NCBI GenBank assembly: GCA_023818695.1
Contig: JAMWCF010000001.1
Coordinates: forward strand, 147,306 to 211,305
From: Candidatus Omnitrophota bacterium
GTDB lineage: Bacteria > Omnitrophota > Gorgyraeia > 1-14-0-20-64-10
Direction: 5' to 3'
Length of the DNA: 64,000 nt
Shown here: piece by piece, positions 36,164 through 43,881 of the stretch
Layout of the letters: every line of letters begins with the position of its first letter
Position numbering within the stretch: the first letter of the stretch is position 1
Position numbers and translations under genes: made by a program
The notes under the pieces: model-generated
What the model saw: only the letters and a program-made list of their open reading frames with translations
Databases searched by the model: none
What the model was told of the DNA's origin: nothing

Positions 36164-36660
36164 AGCCGCTTCTTCGCCAGCACGATGGCGCCAATGATTC
36201 CCGCCAAAAGCAGCAGGGAGGCCACTTCGAAAGGCAAGGCGTAGCGGGTAAAGAGCAGGGCGCCGACCGCCGCGGTGGTCCCCTCGGTCCCCGCCCCCGT
36301 TGCGGGCGGCGCGATGGTGAAGAAGCAGGCCGCCACCACGATCTCCCACAGCAGGACCAGGCCGAACAGGGCCCCTCCCAGATTCAGCATGTTGGTCCGC
36401 AGCCGGAACAGTCTTTCCGGAGCCATGTCCACCAGCATCACCACGAAGAGGAAGAGGACCAGGATCGCCCCGGCGTAGACAAGAACCTGGATGGCCGCCA
36501 CGAAGTAGGCGTGCAGAAGCAGGAAGATGCCTGAGAGCGAAAATAAGGCGGCGACAAGGGACAGGACCGCGTAAACCGGGTGGCGGGCCATAATGACCCC
36601 CAGAGCTCCCGCGATCGCAAACGACGATAGAATGTAGAACAGCAGTGAGGTTTGCTCCAT
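36160..36660 (-). CDS. nuoJ: NADH-quinone oxidoreductase subunit J
   Basis: 166-aa membrane protein (FVAAIQVLVYAGAILVLFLFVVM). First gene of the minus-strand nuo unit. Confidence 0.9.
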   Translation of the reverse strand: MEQTSLLFYILSSFAIAGALGVIMARHPVYAVLSLVAALFSLSGIFLLLHAYFVAAIQVLVYAGAILVLFLFVVMLVDMAPERLFRLRTNMLNLGGALFGLVLLWEIVVAACFFTIAPPATGAGTEGTTAAVGALLFTRYALPFEVASLLLLAGIIGAIVLAKKRL

Positions 36661-36686
36661 CGATGAGTCGGGAAAAACGAAGCGCT

Positions 36687-36695
36687 ATTATAACA
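36687..36695 (-). promoter_or_regulatory. extended -10 promoter element TGTTATAAT for nuoJKLMN (minus strand)
   Basis: The minus strand reads TGTTATAAT. It lies 26 nt upstream of the nuoJ ATG. Confidence 0.45.
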
Positions 36696-36703
36696 AATCG
36701 CGA

Positions 36704-36732
36704 TTGACGTCATGGAAAAAAATCGGTATCAT
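36704..36732 (+). promoter_or_regulatory. candidate sigma70-type promoter for transketolase genes (TTGACG-17-TATCAT)
   Basis: Exact 17-nt spacer. The -10 box ends 10 nt before ATG 36743, which implies a near-leaderless mRNA. Confidence 0.35.
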
Positions 36733-36742
36733 CCAAGCTGCC

Positions 36743-37630
36743 ATGTCCGCTCCACTCTCTCTTCCCGTTCCGCAGCTTCCTGAAGTCGCCAGGGATTTGC
36801 GCAAAGAGGTGATTCGGATGCTGGCCAAGGCCGGCTCGGGCCACCCCGGCGGCTCCTTGTCCTCGGCCGACCTTATGACCTGTCTTTTCTTCCATGAGAT
36901 GAAATACGATCCGGCCAATCCCCGCTGGGCGGAGCGGGACCGGCTGGTTTTGAGCAAGGGCCATGGGTGTCCCATCCTCTACGCTGCGATGGCCAAAGCC
37001 GGTTATTTCCCCATGGAGCAGCTCCAGACGCTGCGGGAGCTGGATTCTCCTCTGCAGGGGCATCCTGACCAGAGATTTCTGCCCGGTTTGGAGGCCTCCA
37101 CCGGATCGCTGGGACAGGGGCTTTCGGTGGCCGCGGGGATCGCACTGGCCGGCCGGTTCGATAAAAGAGATTACTGGACTTACTGCCTCATGAGCGATGG
37201 GGAAACGGAGGAGGGCCAGACCTGGGAGGCGGCTGCCTTCGCCGGTTTCCATCGGCTGGACCGGCTGATCGCCATCGTCGACTACAATAAGTTTCAGCTC
37301 GACGGAGCGATCAAGGATATTCTGGACATGGAGCCGTTTCTCGCCAAGTGGGAGTCATTTCGGTGGCATGCGCAGGAGATCAACGGCCATTCGATTCCGG
37401 AGATTTTGGAGGCGATCGCTACGGCCAAGGCGGAAAAGGGAAGACCCCATGTCCTTATCGCCCATACGGTCAAGGGCAAGGGAGTTTCCTTCATGGAGAA
37501 CAACAATTACTTTCACGGCGTGGCCCCCACCGCCGAGGAGGCGGAGGCGGCTCTGAAGGAGCTTGACGGTGATTCCTCCCTCTCGCGGGCCCTGGTGGCG
37601 GCGGGGAAGCTGAAGAAAGGAAGTAAGTGA
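36743..37630 (+). CDS. transketolase, N-terminal (TPP-binding) subunit
   Basis: AGSGHPGGSLS and MSDGETEEGQTWEAAAFAG. ATG 36743 is preferred over the track start TTG 36704. Confidence 0.9.
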   Translation: MSAPLSLPVPQLPEVARDLRKEVIRMLAKAGSGHPGGSLSSADLMTCLFFHEMKYDPANPRWAERDRLVLSKGHGCPILYAAMAKAGYFPMEQLQTLRELDSPLQGHPDQRFLPGLEASTGSLGQGLSVAAGIALAGRFDKRDYWTYCLMSDGETEEGQTWEAAAFAGFHRLDRLIAIVDYNKFQLDGAIKDILDMEPFLAKWESFRWHAQEINGHSIPEILEAIATAKAEKGRPHVLIAHTVKGKGVSFMENNNYFHGVAPTAEEAEAALKELDGDSSLSRALVAAGKLKKGSK

Positions 37631-38586
37631 TTCTACTCATGGAGAAAAAACTGGGTTGTGCTACCCGCGACGCTTATGGGCAGGCGCTGGCCGAACTGGG
37701 CAAGCAAGATGCCCGGATCATCGTGCTGGACGCCGACCTGGCCACCTCCACCCGGACCTCCGCCTTCGCGAAGCTCTTTCCGGAGAGGTTCATCAATGTC
37801 GGGATTTCGGAGGCGAACATGGTTGGCATCGCCGGCGGCCTGGCCTCCTCCGGCAAGATTCCCTTCATCTCCAGTTTCGCCTGTTTTCTGACCTGCAAGG
37901 CGTATGATCAACTGCGGATGGCAGTAGCCCTTCCGCATCTGAATGTCAAGGTGGTGACCTCGCACGGCGGGATCAGCGTCGGGGAGGATGGCTCCTCCCA
38001 GCAGTCGATCGAGGATGTGGCCCTGATGACCTCTTTGCCCGGTTTCTCGGTGATGATCCCGTCGGATGGGCATGTCACCCGGATGCTGGTGAGGGAGGCC
38101 GCTTTCCGGGAGGGCCCGATGTACATTCGGACCGGCCGGCCCAAGGCCCCGATCGTTCACACGCCCACGACCCCGGTCGCCATCGGCAAGGGAATTCCGG
38201 TGAGGAAGGGGTCAGATGTAGCGATCGTCGCCAACGGCCTGCTGGTTTTCGAGGCTCTTCTGGCCGCGGAGGAGCTTGCTAAAGAAGGAATTTCCGCTTC
38301 CGTGATTGATTGTCATACCGTCAAGCCGCTGGATGAGGAGTTGCTTGTTTCGCAGGCCCGGACCGTCGGCGCGGTTGTAACGGCCGAAGAGCACCAGATC
38401 TGGGGCGGGCTGGGAGCCGCGGTGTCCCAGCTCCTCGCCCGGGTCTGTCCGGTGCCGATGGAGTTCGTGGCGATCCGGGACACCTATGCCGGCTCTGGAA
38501 AACCGGAAGAGCTCTTCCGGAAATACGGCTTGACCGCTTCCGATATCGTCCAGGCAGCCCGCCGCGCCACGAAGCGGAAAAAGTAA
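37627..38586 (+). CDS. transketolase, C-terminal (pyrimidine-binding) subunit
   Basis: FINVGISEANMVGIAGGLA. GTG 37627 forms a GTGA overlap; ATG 37639 is an alternative start. Confidence 0.9.
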   Translation: MILLMEKKLGCATRDAYGQALAELGKQDARIIVLDADLATSTRTSAFAKLFPERFINVGISEANMVGIAGGLASSGKIPFISSFACFLTCKAYDQLRMAVALPHLNVKVVTSHGGISVGEDGSSQQSIEDVALMTSLPGFSVMIPSDGHVTRMLVREAAFREGPMYIRTGRPKAPIVHTPTTPVAIGKGIPVRKGSDVAIVANGLLVFEALLAAEELAKEGISASVIDCHTVKPLDEELLVSQARTVGAVVTAEEHQIWGGLGAAVSQLLARVCPVPMEFVAIRDTYAGSGKPEELFRKYGLTASDIVQAARRATKRKK

Positions 38587-38599
38587 CTTTCATTCCCTG

Positions 38600-39241
38600 A
38601 TGAGAATCTACCTGAAACAGCTGGAGCTGGGACCGCTCCAGAATTTCGTCTATCTCATTGGCCCGGCGGAATCGGCGGAGACGGCGGTCGTGGATCCTGG
38701 CTGGGATGTTCCCGGGATCCTGAAGACCGCCGAACGGGATGGGAGGAGGATCACGGCGGTGCTGGTCACCCACACCCATTTTGACCATATCAACGGGGTG
38801 GCGGAGCTAGTCAGTGCCACCGATGTCCCGGTTTATGTCCATAAAAAAGAGGAGGGGGCGCTTCCGGTGGAGCCGGCCAGCAGGAAAGGAGTGGAAGGGG
38901 GATACGAGTTTTCGCTTGGACCGCTTGCGCTCTCTTTCCTGCATACGCCGGGCCACACGCCGGGCTCTCTGTGCGTATCGGTTCAGGACAAGCTGATTAC
39001 CGGGGACACTCTTTTCATTGGGGGATGCGGCCGGTGCGATCTGCCGGGTGGCGACCCGGAGCTCCTCCACAAGAGTCTTGTCCGCTTGAGCCAAATGGAT
39101 GACCGGTTCATCGTTCACCCCGGGCATAACTACGCCTCGCAGCCGACATCCTTCTTAAAGGATGAAAAGAGGTACAATCCTTTTCTTCAGGCAAAAGACC
39201 TTCTCGGTTTCATGGGCCTGATCGGGGCGGTCAGGAAATAG
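38600..39241 (+). CDS. MBL-fold metallo-hydrolase (glyoxalase II-like)
   Basis: THTHFDHING motif, HTPGHTPGS and a C-terminal HPGHNY. Confidence 0.8.
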   Translation: MRIYLKQLELGPLQNFVYLIGPAESAETAVVDPGWDVPGILKTAERDGRRITAVLVTHTHFDHINGVAELVSATDVPVYVHKKEEGALPVEPASRKGVEGGYEFSLGPLALSFLHTPGHTPGSLCVSVQDKLITGDTLFIGGCGRCDLPGGDPELLHKSLVRLSQMDDRFIVHPGHNYASQPTSFLKDEKRYNPFLQAKDLLGFMGLIGAVRK

Positions 39242-39634
39242 GTGGACAGTGTCCTGATCGAAGCGTTGGCTTGTTTTGCCAGGGTCGGCGTGCCGGCGTG
39301 GGAACGCCGGCGCAAGCAGAAGATCCTGGTGGACGCGGAGCTTTTCCTGGATTTAAGGAAGGCGGGCCGGTCGGACCGCTTTCAGGAAACGGTCGATTAC
39401 TCGGCCGTAGCGGCGCTGATCAGGGAGACGGCTGAGGCGAAGCCTTTTCGCCTGGTGGAAGCGATTGCGCAGGAGGCGGCCGAAAAGATCCTCCGGCGCT
39501 TCAAGGTGAAGCGGGTTTCCGTCAGGATCCGAAAGTTTTCGGTGCCCAGGACGCGCAGCGTTGGTGTGAGCGTCACCCGTTCGGCCGGAAAGAGGCGAAG
39601 CTCGTCGGGGTTTCCCAGAACCGGACCTCGGTGA
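39242..39634 (+). CDS. folB: dihydroneopterin aldolase
   Basis: FolB-like translation: IEALACFARVGVPAWERRRKQKILVDAELFLDL, ETVDYSAVAALI, VRIRK. GTG start. The last ~25 aa form a tail that overlaps queD. Confidence 0.8.
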   Translation: MDSVLIEALACFARVGVPAWERRRKQKILVDAELFLDLRKAGRSDRFQETVDYSAVAALIRETAEAKPFRLVEAIAQEAAEKILRRFKVKRVSVRIRKFSVPRTRSVGVSVTRSAGKRRSSSGFPRTGPR

Positions 39635-39980
39635 CGGGGAAACCGAGCTTCTTGGCCTCATCGAAGATCATCCGGCAGATTGTTTCGGCGGTGGGGTTCT
39701 GGTCGATGACGACGACGGGCTCTTTTTGAGAGGTAAGGATGCCCAGCAGGGGGTCGGTTTTGTTGAGCACCATCTTGTGGTCGAGGGTTTCGTCAACCCA
39801 GTTCTGCAGCCGGGATTTCATGTCATTGAAATCCATCACCATTCCCCGATGGTCCAGCTTGTCCGATGTGAGCTCGATCTGGACCTTGGCGTTGTGGCCG
39901 TGCAGAAACCGGCATTTCCCTTCGTAATTGAGGAGCCGGTGGCCGTAGCAGAAATGAATTTCTTTTGTGACCTTGTACAT
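39573..39980 (-). CDS. queD: 6-carboxytetrahydropterin synthase
   Basis: HFCYGHRLLNYEGKCRFLHGHN zinc/catalytic motif. 135 aa. Confidence 0.9.
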   Translation of the reverse strand: MYKVTKEIHFCYGHRLLNYEGKCRFLHGHNAKVQIELTSDKLDHRGMVMDFNDMKSRLQNWVDETLDHKMVLNKTDPLLGILTSQKEPVVVIDQNPTAETICRMIFDEAKKLGFPVTEVRFWETPTSFASFRPNG

Positions 39981-40007
39981 GATTTGCTATAACGTGAAGA
40001 TCATACG

Positions 40008-40679
40008 ATGAGAGCGATCAAAGATCAAGGCAACGCGGTGGCCGTGCTGGCCAGCGGCGGCGTGGAGAGCGCAGCGCTCATTGCGGAGGCGCTGCGGCGG
40101 TACCAGCGGGTCTATCCGATTTACGTCCGCAAAGGTTTTCAGTGGGAGCTGACGGAGCTGGTCCACTTGAGGCGCCTTCTGCGCGCTCTGGAATCGGACG
40201 GCCTGGCCCGGCTGACCGTGCTCCGTGTCCATGTCGAGGAAATCTACGGGAGCCACTGGAGTTTCGGCGCGGCGGCCACCCCCGGTTCCAAAGAGCCGGA
40301 CAGCGCGGTCTTTCTGCCCGGACGGAATCTTCTGCTGCTGACGATGGGGGGCCTCTTCTGCGGTGTGCGCAGGATCCCGACCTTATGGATCGGCATCCTG
40401 AAGGGGAACCCCTTCCATGACGCGAGGGCTGCCTTTATCCAGCAGGTGGAGGCGCTGCTCCACCAGTCGCTTGGCGTCGAGGTCCGGATCGCCGCCCCCC
40501 TGAAAGAGTTGACGAAGGTCGAGGTCATCAATCGGTGGGCAGACGTCCCGTGGCAGCACACCTTCTCCTGCATCCGGCCGGTCCGCCGCAGGCACTGCGG
40601 CCGCTGTCAGAAGTGCGCGGAGCGGAAAAAAGCTTTCCAGCTGGCGCGCATTCCTGACCAAACGCTCTATGGGCATTAA
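40008..40679 (+). CDS. QueC-family PP-loop ATPase (divergent 7-cyano-7-deazaguanine synthase-like)
   Basis: PP-loop ASGGVES, LPGRNLLLL and a C-terminal zinc motif SC...HCGRCQKCAERKKAF. The central substrate motifs differ from the canonical QueC I remember. Confidence 0.7.
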   Translation: MRAIKDQGNAVAVLASGGVESAALIAEALRRYQRVYPIYVRKGFQWELTELVHLRRLLRALESDGLARLTVLRVHVEEIYGSHWSFGAAATPGSKEPDSAVFLPGRNLLLLTMGGLFCGVRRIPTLWIGILKGNPFHDARAAFIQQVEALLHQSLGVEVRIAAPLKELTKVEVINRWADVPWQHTFSCIRPVRRRHCGRCQKCAERKKAFQLARIPDQTLYGH

Positions 40680-40682
40680 CCA

Positions 40683-41051
40683 ATGAGCATCTATCGAGGC
40701 GGTATCGGCCAGTGGTCCTGGACGTTCCACCGTCTGACCGGGGTGGGGGTCCTGCTGTTCCTCCTGGTCCACATCCTGGATACGGCGCTGATCATGATGG
40801 GACCGCACTGGTACAACAAGATCATCCGGTTTTACAGGACGCCGCTTTTCGGCCTCATGGAGATAGCGCTTTTCGCGGCGGTCCTTTATCACGCCCTTAA
40901 CGGCGTCCGGATTATCGTGATCGACTTCCGGCCCGAAACCACCGTTCATTACAAGAAGATGTTTTTTATCCAGATGGCGCTGTTCGCCTTGATATTTATC
41001 CCGGTTTGCATCATCATGCTGGGCCATATCGCCCAGGGTCTACACCCGTGA
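40683..41051 (+). CDS. sdhC: succinate dehydrogenase cytochrome b subunit
   Basis: 122-aa, 3-TM protein (WTFHRLTGVGVLLFLLVHILD) directly upstream of sdhA/B. Confidence 0.8.
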   Translation: MSIYRGGIGQWSWTFHRLTGVGVLLFLLVHILDTALIMMGPHWYNKIIRFYRTPLFGLMEIALFAAVLYHALNGVRIIVIDFRPETTVHYKKMFFIQMALFALIFIPVCIIMLGHIAQGLHP

Positions 41052-41428
41052 GATCTTCCTACGGTTCCAGGCAGAGGCCCTCCGGCGGAGTGGAGCTGTT
41101 CACCTGGCTCTTCATGCGCTATTCCGGGGTCCTTTTGCTGTTTCTGGCCCTCGGCCACCTGTTCATCATGCATGTCTTCAACAGCATTCACCAGATCGAT
41201 TACGATTTCGTGGTTCGCCGGTACATGGCCCTCTTCTGGCGGGGATACGACCTGTGCATGCTCTGGCTGGCGATGATCCACGGCCTCAACGGCATGCGGA
41301 TCCTCATCGACGACTACCTGAAACCGCCCTGGCAGGGGCGCTCCGTCAAGGTTCTTTACGTGACGGGCGGTCTGTTCCTCCTGCTCGGCACCTGGGTCAT
41401 CATCTGTTTCCAGCCGGCGGCGGGGTAA
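41048..41428 (+). CDS. sdhD: succinate dehydrogenase membrane anchor subunit
   Basis: 126-aa, 3-TM protein (LFLALGHLFIMHVF). GTG 41048 forms a GTGA overlap with sdhC. Confidence 0.7.
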   Translation: MRSSYGSRQRPSGGVELFTWLFMRYSGVLLLFLALGHLFIMHVFNSIHQIDYDFVVRRYMALFWRGYDLCMLWLAMIHGLNGMRILIDDYLKPPWQGRSVKVLYVTGGLFLLLGTWVIICFQPAAG

Positions 41429-41431
41429 AAG

Positions 41432-43159
41432 ATGGCTGTCCACCAGTTTGATGCGGTGATTGTCGGGGCCGGGGGGGCCGGCCTGATGGCGGCTCTGCAG
41501 GCATCTCAATCGGCCCGGATCGCCGTCCTGTCGAAACTTTACCCCACCCGCTCCCACACCGGCACCGCCCAGGGAGGCATCGGCGCGGCCCTGGGCAACC
41601 TGGAAACCGACACATGGGAATGGCACATGTTCGACACGGTCAAGGGAGGCGACTATCTGGTCGACCAGGACGCAGCGGAGATCATGTGCCGGGAGGCGGT
41701 TGACACCGTTTACGAACTGGAACACATGGGACTGCCTTTCAGCCGCACGCCCGATGGGAAGATCGCCCAGAGACCATTCGGAGGGCACACGAAGGAGTTC
41801 GGCAAGGCGCCGGTCCGCCGCTCCTGCTACGCGGCCGACCGGACCGGCCACATGATCCTGCAGACCCTCTACCAGCAGTGCATCAAGCAGGGGGTGACTT
41901 TTTTCGATGAGTACCATGTGGTGGATCTTCTCACACGCGATGGGGCGGCCTGCGGCGTGGTTGCGGTGGAGATCGCCACGGGCGATCTCCATGTTTTCCA
42001 CGCCAAAGCGGTTCTCTTCGCCACGGGTGGCTGCGGGCGGATGTACAAGATCACCTCCAACGCGCTGACCCTCACCGGCGATGGGATGGCGGTCGTCGGC
42101 CGGCGGGGGATCCCCCTGGAAGACATGGAGTTTTTCCAGTTCCATCCGACCGGGATCTACAAGATGGGTATCCTAATCACGGAAGGGGCGCGGGGGGAGG
42201 GGGGGATCCTGCGCAACGGCAAGGGGGAACGGTTCATGGAAAAGTACACCCCCACGCTGAAGGACCTGGCGCCGAGGGATATGGTCAGTCGCGCCATCTT
42301 CCGGGAGGTCCGGGAGGGCCGCGGCATCGACGGCAAAGATTACGTTCACCTGGACCTTACCCATCTGGACCCGAAAGTGATCCGAGAAAAACTGCCGGAC
42401 ATCACCGATTTCGTGGAAACGTACCTGGGAATCGACCCGAGCAGAGCGCCGATCCCGATTCAGCCGACTGCCCATTACGCGATGGGAGGGATTCCCACCA
42501 ATGCCAGGGCCGAGGTGGTGGCCGATGAAAAGAATACCGTTTTCCCCGGTCTTTACGCGGCCGGGGAATGCGCCTGCGTTTCCGTCCATGGGGCCAACCG
42601 GCTGGGAACCAATTCCCTGGTGGATATCATTGTTTTCGGCAGGAGGGGGGGGAAGCAGGTCGGGGAGTTCGTCAAGAAGGCTTCTTTCACACCCTTGCCA
42701 GAGAAACCGCTGGAGCAGACCGAGGCCCGCTTTGCGGCGCTGAAACGGGAGGGGGGAGGGGAGTCTGTCTTTGAGATCAGGAAGGATCTGCAGGAGGAGA
42801 TGATGGACAAGGCGTCCGTCTTCCGGACGGAGCCGGACCTGACAAAGATGCTTCAGATCATCGGTGATCTGAAGAGCAGGTACTCGAAGATCCATGTGAA
42901 GGACCGGGGAACCGGCTACAATATGGAGCTGCTGGAGGCCTTCGAGCTGGGGTGTCTTTTGGACCTGGCGCAGGCGACGGTCACCTCCGCTCTGGCCCGC
43001 CAGGAGTCGCGGGGCGCCCATTACAGGGAGGATTTCCCGAAGCGGGATGACGCCAATTGGCTCAAGCACACGCTGGCAAAAATAAACGGTCAGAGGGTTA
43101 CCCTCTCTTACAAGCCGGTTTCCATCACGAAGTTCCAACCGCAGGAGCGGAAATATTAA
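41432..43159 (+). CDS. sdhA: succinate dehydrogenase flavoprotein subunit
   Basis: [13 protein letters not shown]-attachment region [11 protein letters not shown] and HPTG. Confidence 0.95.
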   Translation: MAVHQFDAVIVGAGGAGLMAALQASQSARIAVLSKLYPTRSHTGTAQGGIGAALGNLETDTWEWHMFDTVKGGDYLVDQDAAEIMCREAVDTVYELEHMGLPFSRTPDGKIAQRPFGGHTKEFGKAPVRRSCYAADRTGHMILQTLYQQCIKQGVTFFDEYHVVDLLTRDGAACGVVAVEIATGDLHVFHAKAVLFATGGCGRMYKITSNALTLTGDGMAVVGRRGIPLEDMEFFQFHPTGIYKMGILITEGARGEGGILRNGKGERFMEKYTPTLKDLAPRDMVSRAIFREVREGRGIDGKDYVHLDLTHLDPKVIREKLPDITDFVETYLGIDPSRAPIPIQPTAHYAMGGIPTNARAEVVADEKNTVFPGLYAAGECACVSVHGANRLGTNSLVDIIVFGRRGGKQVGEFVKKASFTPLPEKPLEQTEARFAALKREGGGESVFEIRKDLQEEMMDKASVFRTEPDLTKMLQIIGDLKSRYSKIHVKDRGTGYNMELLEAFELGCLLDLAQATVTSALARQESRGAHYREDFPKRDDANWLKHTLAKINGQRVTLSYKPVSITKFQPQERKY

Positions 43160-43857
43160 TGGAAGTCACCTTTCAACTGCTTCGTTTCGACCCTCTGAAA
43201 GACCGCCAGCCCCATTGGGAGACATACAGGGTGGAGCTGGAACCGACCGATCGGGTGCTCGACGGCCTGGAAGCGATCAAGGGACAGATGGATGGGACCC
43301 TCGCCTACCGGCGTTCCTGCGCCCACGGGGTGTGCGGTTCCGACGCCATGATCATCAACGGCCGCAACCGCCTGGCTTGCAAGGCGCTGGTCAAGAACAT
43401 GAAGGAGCCGATCCGCATCGAACCGATGCGGGGTTTCAAGGTGCTGAAGGATTTCGTGGTCGACATGGGACCGTTTTTCGAGAAATACCGGGCCGTCAAA
43501 CCGTACCTGATCGAGAAGGAGGCCAGGCCGCAGAAGGAGCGGCTGCAGTCCCAGGAGGAGAGGGAGCGTTTTGACGACACGACGAAATGCATCCTCTGCG
43601 GCGCCTGCACGACCAGCTGTCCCTCTTTCTGGTTCAACGCCGGCTATGTCGGTCCCGCCGCCATCGTGCAGGCGCACCGGTTCATCTTCGACAGTCGGGA
43701 CGGCGGCGCCGAGGAGCGGCTGTCCGTCTTGAACAATCAGGAGGGGGTCTGGCGCTGCCGGACGGTCTTCAACTGCGTCGAGGCCTGTCCGCGGGGCATC
43801 AACGTCACGCGGGCGATCGGGGAGGTGAAGAAGGTGATCGCCAAGGGTGGGAGGTGA
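43159..43857 (+). CDS. sdhB: succinate dehydrogenase iron-sulfur subunit
   Basis: SCAHGVCGSDAM (2Fe-2S), CILCGACTTSCP (4Fe-4S) and CVEACPRGI (3Fe-4S). TAATG junction with sdhA. Confidence 0.95.
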   Translation: MEVTFQLLRFDPLKDRQPHWETYRVELEPTDRVLDGLEAIKGQMDGTLAYRRSCAHGVCGSDAMIINGRNRLACKALVKNMKEPIRIEPMRGFKVLKDFVVDMGPFFEKYRAVKPYLIEKEARPQKERLQSQEERERFDDTTKCILCGACTTSCPSFWFNAGYVGPAAIVQAHRFIFDSRDGGAEERLSVLNNQEGVWRCRTVFNCVEACPRGINVTRAIGEVKKVIAKGGR

Positions 43858-43881
43858 GAGAGGAGCCATCCTGCGGCTACC

